Shown here: positions 1 to 13,172 of the stretch, in pieces
Numbering within the stretch: position 1 is the first letter of the stretch
Layout: the number at the start of each line of letters is the position of its first letter
NCBI RefSeq assembly: GCF_009914755.1
Contig: NC_060932.1
Strand: one strand, 5' to 3'
DNA length: 64,000 nt
Source of the DNA: the human T2T-CHM13v2.0 reference genome, Homo sapiens
The notes under the pieces: model-generated
The model's database searches: none
Told to the model about the DNA's origin: nothing
The model's input: only the letters and a program-made list of their open reading frames with translations
Made by a program: the position numbers and the translations under genes

Positions 1-14
1 ATGAAAAGGTAAGT
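1..14 (+). other. Candidate 5' splice donor (AAG|GTAAGT); an exon may end at position 8
   Basis: Perfect donor consensus at 6-14; any upstream exon lies outside the window. Confidence 0.3.
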
Positions 15-51
15 TCAAAAATTTCAGTATGTTTTTTAGTTCTGCAATTAT

Positions 52-420
52 TTTATTCAATAAGTGTTGAGGAGGCAACTTTAAGCTACAGGCTATAAGG
101 TAAACTAAGTCAGATGGAGACACTGCCTTTGAGGAGCTTACATTCTTTGGGGAGAGATGATCCATCAACTAGTAGTTATTATATAGTGTTGGAAGAACTG
201 TAATGATGGAAGCGTAGGATGTGATGTGAGCTTTGTGAGGGGACTCTCATTAGAACTGGCCTTGACAAGTCTATCCAAAGGAGGTGACATTTAGATTGAG
301 GACTGAGGAGGTAGTGGTCTTACCCAAGTGAAGAGCCTGGGGTAAAGTGTTCAGGCAGAGGGGTATCCGCGTACACAAAGGCCAAGAATTCACCATTGTT
401 TCTGGGGCTGCTGTGCAACA
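52..420 (-). mobile_element. L2 LINE 3' fragment
   Basis: Degenerate L2 motifs (ttattcaataag, gaggagcttacattct, gaggtgacatttagattgag, ttcaggcagagg). Confidence 0.6.
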
Positions 421-599
421 GAAAGTCAGTATGGAAGGAAGACTAGTAAATCGGTAACATTGTTTATTCATTGGACAAATGACTGAGTACACATTGGAGG
501 CTGTTTGTCCTTATTAGGTGATGTTATTCTCTGCAAAAGGGTGATGGAGAATCCAGTAACGAGGCCTGGAAACCAAAGGGCAAATTTATCACCTTTTTA

Positions 600-1320
600 G
601 ACGCGCCCACCAGTCCCCAGAGGACGCGTCCCAGCAGATGATTCTTGTTCAATCAGCCAACAACTGGGTTTGGAGGAGAAAGCCAAAGCATCCCCAGGGG
701 GTCGACTGCTTCCCTAAGGCGTGTCAGCGGGTTGACAGAGCACAAGCATTGCTTCTAGAGCAAATATTGAGCGTGGTTTTCAGAGAAAAGGTTTATCTTT
801 GGGGTATAATTATTTGGCCCACTTAATAGACGTCTTGAAAAATAGGGCTCTCTTCTTTTTAGCAGAGCTTGAACAAAAGGAAACTTAAAATCAATTAGAG
901 GGAAAGAGAAAACCTATTTCTGTCCTTTTGGAGACAAAAGCTGTAACACAATTGGTTAAAATTCGGGGAATCAGATCCTCCTGGGCGGTGGGGGAAATAC
1001 TGCTGCAGGACCGCGGAGCCCTGGCTTCAAACGCAGGCTCCTGCTGCCATCTTGTGGCGAGAAGGCGCCTTCTGCCTCAGAACTAGCTGCAAATTCCGAG
1101 CTGTTGTGCTTCTCGTGGCTCCATCCACAAGATGCATTAAACAAACGCGAGCCAGGGATTCCAGTAGGGAATTTAACACTGGCCTGCCAGGAATTAATTT
1201 CTCTACTGACAGCATTGCCTTCTGCATCCTCCTTCTTTTGGAAAAGGCAAAATTTCATCCTTTCAGCGGTGTAACTGGGAGCCAGCCCAGCTTTGATGGA
1301 ACCACGATTTGACCTTTTAA
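600..1320. promoter_or_regulatory. Locally CpG-enriched unique region, candidate enhancer/insulator
   Basis: CpG clustering (acgcgc, ccgcgg, acgcga), GGGCGG box and a CTCF motif in an otherwise CpG-poor window. Confidence 0.45.
1041..1059 (-). promoter_or_regulatory. CTCF-binding motif
   Basis: Minus strand CGCCACAAGATGGCAGCAG closely matches the CTCF core CCASYAGRKGGCRS (one mismatch). Confidence 0.6.
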
Positions 1321-2899
1321 AGCATGTTGGAGGGTAATAATATGGACCATTAGCCTTATTCTTCTCCTAAAGGAAGGTTCTGGTTTTTCTAGTGGAGGAA
1401 CCTTTTACAATCTGGATGGAGGAAATGCTGAGATGCTCTATAACATCAGGGAAGAATATTGCCATCTTTCTCCTCACCAGGCTTCCATTTCATCGTTCCC
1501 CCACCGTACTTGAAAGGTTTTTTATGATCCAACAAATTACCTTTTTTTAAAAAAAGCAGTTAATTTATTGTTTATTTGGTATTCATCAAAGAGACCCCTA
1601 AGTGTCAATTTTGGTTTCTGGAAACTGAGAAATGACAAACACAGCTAGCCTGGGTTAATATCATTCCAGCCCAAAGCAAAGAAGTTGGATGTTTTGGCAG
1701 CTTGTGCAGTTTTATTGTGGATAAACAGGCAGTGTCTGTTAGGTTTGGAAATACTGAACAGAGGCCACGGGCTCCCACTCCCATATTTGAAGAAGCAACT
1801 TGGAGTCCGTGACCTAGGTGGGCTGACTCCAGGTGACTGCAGGGTAAAAGCCTGACATATACTCTGCTCGCAGCAGCAGTCCTTTCAAAGCGTGGCCAGT
1901 GCAGAGCTGTGAGGCTAGTAAACATCCATGTGACAAGCCATCTGTTTGTTTAACATTTGGACACTAACGTGAATCTGAACTTACCGACCTCTTCAGACCA
2001 GCCGATGGCCCCGCGGATCTCTGGCATGGTCTCTTTCTGCCTCTGGTTCTTTACCCTTTTTCAAGGAGAGCCTGGGCAGACTGTTTTTTTTTTTCCCCCT
2101 TCTTTTTTCTTTCTTTTTTTTTTTAAAACTGACAGAAGAAAATATCCCATAGAATTAAAGCTGGCTTATGCTGGGCTGTCAACATCCTTGTGACAGATGA
2201 TGGTATATGAGAAAGCCTTAGGAATGAGCAGGGGGAAAAGAAACACACTTTCTCGAGTCATGAAGGGCAGGATCAGAGGGAGAGGTTGTGAAGGTTCCTC
2301 CCCAAATCCCGCTTGAGGCATGTTGAGAGAAATACAAGAAGATGTAAGTTTAAACCTAAGCCTGGCAGTTTACTGTTGGCTTTGGGGCTGATGCTGGAGC
2401 TAGCAGGGCTGATGCTGCTCAGAATTAGAGGGGTGGACCCCCCCACCGCCACAGACAATTTGATAAGTCTTCCACTAATTCTCTAAACATCTTTCTCACC
2501 ATTAGGATCACTTCTGCATGCGTCTTGTCCCCTTCCCTAATGCCCAGATAATTCCAAACATGTTATTTGGGAAGGATACAAGTTAAGCCCTCAGTACAAA
2601 TATGGCAGATAGAATATACCTGACACAGAGTAGGTGGTCAGGAGTTATTTAACTTAGTAAATAAATTAAAGAATAGGTGCCTGAATAAGTGATGAGACAA
2701 ATAATTAACTAAATAAGTAAATAAGGCAAGGGAACTAAAATTTATTGAATGCCTGATCAGACCTCTTTTGTTCAACCCAAGTTATCTCAATAAAAATGAG
2801 GCTATTCTAAGAATCCCCTTAGAGACATAGAATCAGAACAGAAGGCTCAGGAACTAAGACGAAGCTGTGTCCTTCTCTCAAGATCTTTCTCTTTCTCTG

Positions 2900-3365
2900 C
2901 ATGTCTGCTTTGTCTGCCTCTTTCTATAGCTGTCTTTCTCAATTTCCACTCTACGGATTTCCTGCCTGCTCATAAATTATGCCTTCCCATGACTTTAGCT
3001 TGCCATTGCACTAAAGCAGCCATTAGCTTCCTTTTACTTTTTTCTTTGTTATTAACTATCTCAGCCTCTCCTTTTTCTAAATTTGTAATAAATTCCAAAG
3101 AGAAGAATTTGATTGGCTCAGCTTGCTCATTTGTTTGTTTGAATGTTGACCCAGGCCAAGCCATCATGATAGCTGATTGGTCCATGGATTGCCTGCTTTT
3201 GGCTCAGGTGACCACCTTGGTTTAGTCACTGTGGATGAGTGGGAGACGGGATCTCGGATCACAGGAATGGAAATTAGACAGGCTAAATAGCATTAGCAGG
3301 GACTACTGAGGGAGTTTTCCTTTGGAGGGAGTGTGGGTGGATGGGTAATGTAGTCATGTCTGGCA
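2900..3365 (-). mobile_element. Ancient MLT1-type LTR remnant
   Basis: gattggctcagcttg and ggctcaggtgaccaccttgg motifs typical of old MLT1 LTRs; boundaries approximate. Confidence 0.35.
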
Positions 3366-3374
3366 ACCTTGGTA

Positions 3375-3560
3375 AAAGTATTCTCTCACGTATTCTCTTA
3401 TATAATCCTCACCATGATATTGTGAGGGTCGCAGCCTTGTCTTTGTTTTGTACATGAGGAAACCAAGGCTCAGCTACTTGAAGAAATATGCTTGAGACTA
3501 CAAGGCCGTTGAGTGACAGGTCCTGGATTTGATTTAAAGCTCAAGCTCTATCCCTAATTC
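3375..3560 (-). mobile_element. MIR SINE
   Basis: MIR core tttgtacatgaggaaaccaaggctcag followed by a tRNA-like part. Confidence 0.6.
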
Positions 3561-3831
3561 TTCCTCCAAACTAGAGGGAATGGAATATAAATAATATTTG
3601 CAAAAATGCTTTTGAGTCTGACCTGGTCCAGGAGGTTCAGAGGCTGATAACTCCTCTGAGGATTATTATTGAGTACAGTTTCAAGGTGACTGACATCAAC
3701 TCCCAAGTCCAACAGGTAAGGTGACCTTGGAAAGGACTACATATAGTCCTTTCTAACCTTTACAGCTGAGAAGTAAAAAAGGTCAGGATAGGAGAGTGGA
3801 TCTTCTGGTCACAGATCTTTAGGGGTCATTT

Positions 3832-4374
3832 CGTCAGAGGCGTTTGAACCAGGGCAACTCCATCTTAAGTAGAAGCTCGTTAAAATGAGGCTGAAACCTA
3901 CTGGGCTGCATTCCCAGACAGGCATTCTAAGTCACAGGATGAGACAGGAGGTCAGCACAAGATACAGGTCAAAAGACCTTGCTGATAAAACAGCTTGCAG
4001 TAAAGAAGCCAGCCAAAACCCACCAAAACCAAGATGGTGACAAGAGTGACCTCTGGTCATTCCTCACTGCTACACTCCCACGAGTACCTTGACAGTTTAC
4101 AAATGCCATGGCAACATCAGGAAGTTACTCTATATGGTCTAAGAGGAAGCATGAATTATCTACCTCTTGTTTAGCATATAATCAAGAAATAACCATAAAA
4201 ATGGGCAACCAGCAGCTCTTGGGGCTGCTCTGTCTATGGAGTAGCCATTCTTTTATTCCTTTACTTTCCTATATTTGGTTTCACTTTACTCTACAGACTT
4301 GCCCTGAATTCTTTCTTGCACAAGATCCAAGAACCCTCTCTTGGGGTCTGGATTGGGACCCCTTTCTGGTAACA
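3832..4374 (+). mobile_element. MER41A solo LTR (ERV1)
   Basis: (c)gtcagaggcgtttgaaccag ... cctttctggtaaca; 4-bp TSD ATTT (3828-3831, 4375-4378); lacks the GAS-containing segment present in the copy at 61043. Confidence 0.9.
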
Positions 4375-4849
4375 ATTTGACTTTAGTAGCATTCTGTGCC
4401 AAGGATGGTCATATGGCATGTGTTCAGTGGGACTGATCAGGCTGGAAAGAATTGAATGTGTTCATCAGATTTAAGCTCAGGAGATCAGTGACCCAATGAC
4501 TGTTGGAACAGGATTGACGAGCTGGCAGGTAGTGTATAGTGGGGGAGGAAAGAGGCCTAGAATAACATCTAGATATGTTCTATTCTTATACTCCCCTCGT
4601 ATATCCCTCACATTTTATCTCAAGTGCTTTAATTGCCATAATTGTTCAAAAATGCATCTTTATGTACCTATCACGGTAAGCAATTTATGCTTCCCATCCT
4701 TTGGTTGAATTGCTTCATTTATCACTAGATCCTGCTGATTACAATCATTTTCAATGTCCATAAAACAGCCTCACTTTATTTTTCCTAATTTTCTTTCTGT
4801 GTCTGGTTTAGTAGGATGGCTCAATATATTGTAGATATTTAAACAAAAA

Positions 4850-4928
4850 TGCTGACTATTGTGTTCTATAGCCTGCAGAAGTGCCTGGCATGAGTGCTCA
4901 ACAAGTATTTGTTGAATGAATGAATACA
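4850..4928 (+). mobile_element. L2 3' terminus
   Basis: gtgcctggca...gtgctcaacaagtatttgttgaatgaatgaat. Confidence 0.65.
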
Positions 4929-6565
4929 ATAAGTCTTTGGCCTAAAAACATAACATTCATTGCCAAAAATAAGACTTTGTGTTATTTTAAGATCATTACC
5001 CTTGCAACATTCCCGATTGGATTAAAAAAATCTCAATTCCATTTCTTTTTACAGGGTAAGCATGAGCACAGCAGGAAGAGAAATGTATCTTGATTTACAA
5101 AGTGCTGTCTTCACTGATGAGAGTTCAATTTCTACCAATGTTGGCATTACTGACATTTTAGAAAGGGAGCTTTCTGAAGCATATATCTTGATTTGAAAGA
5201 CTGAAGATTTCTAGTATCATACAGGGTAACTTCATAGCATTTTAGAATGGATTAAATAAGATCAAAATGAGGGCTTTGTAAACTAGAAGTTACTAAGCAA
5301 GTAGGGAGATTTTGGGGGTATGCAGGACTTTGTGTCCCTCAAGTTAAAATGTAGAGAGCTATATTTTTATTCTGTCTACCCTGCATTGGCCTTTAATGGT
5401 GTTCTAGTTATCCTTGTGGTCACTACATAATGTTGCCCACATGCCAACCACTGGCAACTTATATAATTCTCCCAATAACCCTATGAATTAGATGTATACG
5501 TAGTTACAGAAACACATGAAGAGATTATTTAACTTTACCAAGGTTGCAAATAGCACGTTCTATTGCCTCTCCAATGCTAGGCAACCATTTAGATGATGAC
5601 ATTATCTGAATACGCTCTGTAGTCAAGCCTTTAAAAGTCTCCTTTCTCAATCCAAGGAGGTCCCAGCTGCAATCATTGCAATTTAGAGGCTGCAAAGTTC
5701 CCCTCATCACTTTCAGAGCCCTCAGGAATACATCAGTCATTTGGAAGCTTTGAAAATGTTTTTACGAACTGCCATCCTCTTTATCTACTGCCTGATATGT
5801 GTTCCCAGGTGGGCACTGTGCCCTTCTCCTTCTGAAAACACCAAATAAATCCTTTGAATCACTTCCTGAAATGATAGGTCTCTTTATCAGAATAAGCAAG
5901 AGCCCCCTGGCCCTATTAGAAAATGGCTTTTCCAAAAGTGAGAGCTGATATATAGCTGCTCACGAGAATGGCCCACAGTGATTAAGAAGAGCGACTCCAT
6001 TGTCACTCACAGAGGTGGCACCGAGTGGCAGTCCCCACAAGCTGCCTCTCTCACTCTGAAAAACAATCTTCCTGATATATAGGGATGCCTCATCTGGGAT
6101 CTATTTTAAAGTGTTTAAAGTGACCCGGGTATGTGTCTTTCTTTTTGGCACTGTATTTTTTTCATTCAGTATTTCTGTACTGAAAAAGAGTGACAATGTC
6201 AGGACCTTGCACAAATTGTACTGACTCGACCCTTGGAAGGCAACAGCATGCTCTCTTCCACATCATTACTTTTTATTACACTCTCTGCCACATCTCTGCA
6301 AAGCAGGGAGACAGGAGGCATGATGCGTGCCTTGTTCCATGACCTAACGAGTCTGTGGCCCGGCTCTGCTTGATCACGTCTAGTGTGTTCATCATCCCCT
6401 CAAACACTTGAGCAGGTTCAGAGATGGATTTGCTCTCTATAGAGCAGTAGCCTTGGTGGTGGCTCGCAGTCCTCTAAGAGCTGGATTGCAATTAATCATG
6501 CAAATGAGGGGGAGCAAGAGCTTGGATTAATGGAAACTGATTTCGGGGTTCTTCTTCACTACTGA

Positions 6566-6870
<305 letters not shown>

Positions 6871-7399
6871 GACTGATTTTTTACTAGAGGAATTAACAAG
6901 GAGCAAAACAGTGATTTGAGCTTTTATCTGCTTTCCTACTCACTCCTTAAAAAAGGAATGAAGTCACAAGTCCAAGAGGGAAGTAGAAGGAACAGTGGAG
7001 AAGAGCAAAGGAGTTCAGGGGTCACTGAGAGATACAGGTTCTGGTCAACCCCTGCAGGCAGGTTGTGGCATGCCCTTGAATGAGCCACCTGATTGATTCC
7101 TCAGTCTCTCTTCTGCGAAATGGAGCTAAAGTTACTGATAAATAGGTTTCTAATAACCACTTGTGGTGGATGAAAGGTTCTGAGAAGAGATGTAATATTC
7201 TGGTCAAATAAGAGTCTCAAAGTGGTCAGAGTATAATCTAAAAAGATAATTTGATTTAAAAGTAGAGACAGAAAGAGAAAAAGTGGCCTAGGATTTCTGG
7301 AATGAAAATGGAGCCAAGAGAAAGGAACAGATTAGGAAGTTACTTGATTACTATAGTTTTATTATTTTGTTAAAATTGTACTGACTCGTTGGCCAATCA

Positions 7400-7512
7400 T
7401 CCTCTAGGGAGTGTGTTTGAGATTTATGGGGCCATTTTGGTTATCACAATGATGAGGAAGCTCTTAGTGGATTAGAACAGAGATGCTAGAAACCCTTTGA
7501 TGTGTGAGACAG
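7400..7512 (+). mobile_element. MER20-like hAT-Charlie fragment
   Basis: ccattttggttatcacaat...tagtgg...gatgctagaaacc resembles MER20; interrupted by the MST LTR. Confidence 0.45.
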
Positions 7513-7696
7513 GATGTGTGTCCCCTCTAAAACTCATGTTGAAATATGATTCCCAGTGTTGGAGGCGGGGCCTCATGGGAGATGCTTGGGTCAAGGGGGC
7601 AGATCCCTTATGAACGGCTTAGTGTCCACCCCATGGTAATGAATGGATTCTTGCTGTGGTACTTCATGTGAGAGCTGGTTGTTTAAAAGAGCCTGG

Positions 7697-8025
<329 letters not shown>

Positions 8026-8164
8026 TCACTCTGTTTTGCTCCCTCTCTCACCATGTGATATGCTGGCTCCCTTTCACCTTCGGCCATGATTGTAAGCCTC
8101 CTAAGGCCTCACCAAAAGCACATACCAGCGCTATGCTTTGTGTACAGCCTGCAGAGGCAAATAA

Positions 8165-8491
<327 letters not shown>

Positions 8492-9045
8492 TAAATTACC
8501 CAGCCTCAGGTATTCCTTTGTTCCTCAGCAATGCAAATGGACTAACACAATCTGCATCTAGGCATTTATTAGATGAAAAAACATATTTACCATTAATTAG
8601 GCCTGGGAATGAACTATGTTTTGTATCAGCACAATACATTTTTTAGGTACAGTTTTAACACAGTATTCTGAATTTTCTAAGAATGCAGCCACTGCATACA
8701 CTGAGAGAACATGACCTTTTTTATCTTACTCAGAACATAATCAGGATTTGTTCATTTCAGAAAATTATTTCACCAGTAGCAACACCATTCCTGGTGTGTT
8801 AGTTGCTAATATTATAGAGTTGTGGTTCAGCTGGATCGTAACCTTGGGATTCTACATAGAGGCATGAGCTTATGCTTATTTCATTTAATCTCCTGGTGTT
8901 ATCACCTCCAGCTCTTTCTGAATTGCAAATGATTTTACTATAAATTACTTTTCTTTTTATTTCTCCTTCATATTATAGTTAAGCCATTTTTATTGTTTCT
9001 TAAAAACATGAGGTTTTATTATCTCTGAATTTCATTTCAGGGTAA

Positions 9046-9392
<347 letters not shown>

Positions 9393-9744
9393 TGAAGCCT
9401 CCTGTCTTAGTGTTCAGTTGTGCTTAGTAGTGGTCTTCCTCATTTACTAAGATTTTTTTCCCTTCAGGATCCTTATTTTCCTATCGTCTGGTTTCCACCC
9501 ATTCTCAGATCCGTTCAGAGAATCATGTCTGCATGTACATGTATTTAAAGCCCACTTAAAGACTTGGGTTCAAGTTTTCTCTGTGTCTCTTGCAAACAGA
9601 TGGTGCAGACGGAAAACAGAGGCCGTGTTGCTCAGATCCATATCCTGGGATGCATCTGTATGGATGGAAGAACCATTTCCTGGATGTCTGAGCCCGAGCC
9701 TGAGCCCCAGCCCAGCTATTATAGGAATGTCTATTATAATAGTC

Positions 9745-9860
9745 TTTATTAGCCCCACTGAAGAAATGGGGACAGTGAGGCTCTGACAAGCAAATCATGG
9801 TAGAACTGAGATTGAACCCTTTTCTGTCTGAAGCCAAAGTTTGCTACATTCTCTCTACCA
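9745..9860 (-). mobile_element. MIR fragment
   Basis: attagccccactgaagaaatggggacagtgaggctc...gagattgaaccc. Confidence 0.5.
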
Positions 9861-10263
9861 CAACCCACACCCTCTCATATGAAAGCAATGCATGCATAGT
9901 GCTGCATACAGCAGGGACTTAATGATAAGAGCAACTGAAATAGTCAGTGATACCTGCAGGCAGGGATTTTTAGGTTTTTGAAATGAACTTGAAAACTACC
10001 AGCATATTTGATCCTTCCTATAACTTAGAGAAGACTGAACAAGTATCAATACTCACACTAGAGAGAGGAAGGAGGTATTTCAGAGTTATGGAAGTGAGCA
10101 CTCAGTGGTAGATTCACAACTGGAACCCAAGCCTCTGAATTGACTCTAATCTATGCTCTTTCCATTATGTTGCAATAATGATTCATTACAGATATGTGAG
10201 AATATTTAATGAGAAATAATAGCTAACAGGCACTGAACATACACTAAATGTACTGCAAAAATC

Positions 10264-10565
10264 TTTTTTTTTTTTTTTTTTGAGACAGGGCCTTGCTCTG
10301 TCTCCTAGGCTGGAGTGCACTGGTGCAAATATGGCTCACTGCAGCCTGGATCTCCTGGACTCAAGTGATCTTCCCACCTCAGCCTTCTGAGTAGCTGGGA
10401 CGACAGGCGTGTGGTACCGCACCTGGCTATTTTTAAATTTTTTTTTGTAGAAACAGGGTCTTGCCGTGTGGCCTGGGGTAATTTTGGACTGCTGGGTTCG
10501 AGCAATCCCCTTGTCTCAGCTTCTCAAAGTGCTGGGATTACAGGCATGAGCCACTGTGCCCAGCC
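10264..10565 (-). mobile_element. AluJ
   Basis: Diverged dimer with J-type ctcaagtgatcttcccacctcagcc; poly-T. Confidence 0.92.
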
Positions 10566-13172
10566 TAAATTCTTTGCATTTACCATCTGATTTAACCCTG
10601 TGAGGTTGGAACATCATTTTGTAGGTGAAGTAACAGATGAGAGCAAATGGTATGTGATTCTTAATGGTATCCAGTTTGTCACCATCAATGTGCAAACATA
10701 CAGAAGAATACTGAAATCCCTGCCTTTTTGCACTAATTAGCACTGAACAAGTTTCTAGCTGTGACTGGTAAGAAGCCCACCCCCCACCCACCTCCCTTAC
10801 ATGGTGAGATTAGAATCATGATGGGGAAGGGTTGAAATTGTCAGAGGTATGTAGAATATCATTTTGATATGAGGTATTCCAGAAAAATGATAAAGGGTTG
10901 CAGAGGATAAGGAAAATAAAGTTTTCCCAGAGCTAACCAGAGTCAGAAAAATCTGTTTTCAATAATTTGACAAAAACCATGAGCTACCAAAGTCTCAGGT
11001 GGCTTCCACAGAACATTTTATTCAGAGCCCTAAAAGTCATATGACATGTTTAAACTTAACTCTCTGATTCTCTGAAAATATGTATTTTTTTTGATAAAGG
11101 AGAGCAAATGGTTTCTAGTGTAAAAAGGGCAGACCTTGGTCTCCAGCTAAAAGATCTTGCAACTCAGTAGCTGTGAGGCTTCACTCGCTATTTAACCTCA
11201 CTGGACCTTAACTTGACCATCTGTGAAATGGGTGGATAAAATTGAACTACCAAACCATTTTGATGATAATGAGCTTCAATCAGAGCTTGAAAGTGCGGGG
11301 TTACCAGTCCCTCTCCAGGGAGCAGAGCTCAGAAAGTTCACAAAGGGGCTCAGCACTGATAATTTTCAGATAGAGCTGGTGGGTGATCATTTCCTTCTAC
11401 TTGGTCTGTTTTCTAATTGGAAAAAGATGACAAAGAATAGAAAAGCTGTGGCATGAGCCCAAAGGTTCTGCAATGTGGATAGAAATCTCCTTGGTTATAT
11501 GCTGGTGGAGTGCTCGGTTTCAACTCCCAGTGTCCTTACTCTTAAATTACAGCTACTGAAGCAAATCTTAACTTGGCTCCCCCAGGGACAGCAGCAGTTG
11601 CTGGGCTGCATAGCATGACTTCACGTATCAACAACAGCAATCCTAGGACCAGCGGGGGCCCTTCTCCAGCTCCTTGGATAATGTCATTTTGATTTAGATT
11701 ACAAATGTCACTTAAAGTCTACATTTCTTGTTGATATTTCTTCAATGAGTATTTCTTTTTCTATATTCTGTGTATTCTTACCCTAATGTGATCATCATTA
11801 TATTTCCAGTTCAGTAGAACTTGTGGTCATTTGAACATTCCACGTGAAGTAATGAAATAATGGAAACCATTTAGATGACCACTAATATAATGAGTGTTTG
11901 TATAGAGAATTTACACGTGTATGTCCTTCAGTAATAGCTACAGTTCCAAGTGTAAGGCCTGGATAATAAAATGAGTCAGTGAAGTAGCTCCATCATTCTT
12001 AGCTGGAGTCAAGAAAAAGAGCAAAATTAAGACAGAAACAAATGAAGAGGGATCTGCAGACTTGGCTAATCCAGATGCTTTTCTTGGTGGTCTGACTACT
12101 TCTAACTTTTGCAATAATTCCATGCCCATAAATGGTGATAATCTGGAAAGCAAGCAACAAATGTTTTAAGAAATGAATTCTGTGTGTGTGAAACATCCAC
12201 TGTCTGTGCAGTCCATTTGTGCTTATAACAGAGAAACATCTCTAGGTAGCTTGTTTCTGTTGGCTTAACTCCTCCAGTAAAGATGGTTGATGATTTCCCC
12301 ATGCTACCAAAGTATGTCTGCTTATTATAGTGTAACATCTGACCAAGGGCAGTATAATTAATAATGTCCAGAGCGGCCCTTCAAGTTCACAGCATTTCTA
12401 GACTCACAATTCTCCCCATCTCCTCCTGTGATTGCCACCTACTGTTGTCCAACATGATGTAATCAGTGGGGACTCTCTTGCTGCTTCCCTTTCCCTGCTC
12501 ACTTTCCATCACCACAGCAGTAGCTTTAAGGAGGAAAGGCTTCTGGCCAAAGTCAGGGCTCGCGCTGTGGGGACCTTTACCACTCCTCGTCCCTATTGTA
12601 AGGCATGGGTCTGTGTTTACCCTCCCTAAGCAGCCACCATCCTGATCCCAAAAGGCTGGGTAGGTCCCAGGATAAGTACAAGCATGGATTTCTCTTTTTC
12701 TTTCTTTTTTTCTTTTTCTAAAACTGAGCTCAGTAGGCTAAGAACTGCAGTCCCAGGATGAGGTCTAGTTGAGAAGGGGGACCAGAGAAGTCTAACTAAA
12801 GCCTGGTCAAGGAGGGTGTCCTTGTCCATGCAAATTCACACATATTTTTTGCATTTAGTTTTTGGGGACAGAGAAGCAACAGACCACTTATAAGCCCTTT
12901 GGGGAAAATAAAATTTTATGCTTTCATGGTCTTTTTCAGATACTCTTCTCCCTGTTGGATGCAGTGTTCACTGCTTGGAGAAATAGGTGGCCACTCTTAG
13001 ATGTTTCCAAATATAGGGAGGCATTGCTGTAGAGTGATGGGACTAGAATTCTAGTCACAGGAAGTGGACTAGAGTTTCACTAGTAATACTGATACCATTC
13101 TGTGTGATTTCAGACACAAGTCATATTAACCTTTGAGCCACAGAATCTCACTTGTATAATGAGGATAGCACT

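Noticed and set aside
3600-3721. Possible exon ending CAG|GTAAG
   Set aside because: No convincing upstream polypyrimidine acceptor; isolated donors are expected by chance
9689-9716. (GAGCCY)n run giving EPEPEP/SPSLSP peptides
   Set aside because: Short degenerate microsatellite with no coding context
11223-11456. 77-aa ORF with globular-looking composition
   Set aside because: Starts at GTG in a MIR-like remnant; no recognised family or convincing splice context
11647-11660. CTCF-like sequence (also near 6008 and 19494)
   Set aside because: Mismatches or spacing errors at core positions
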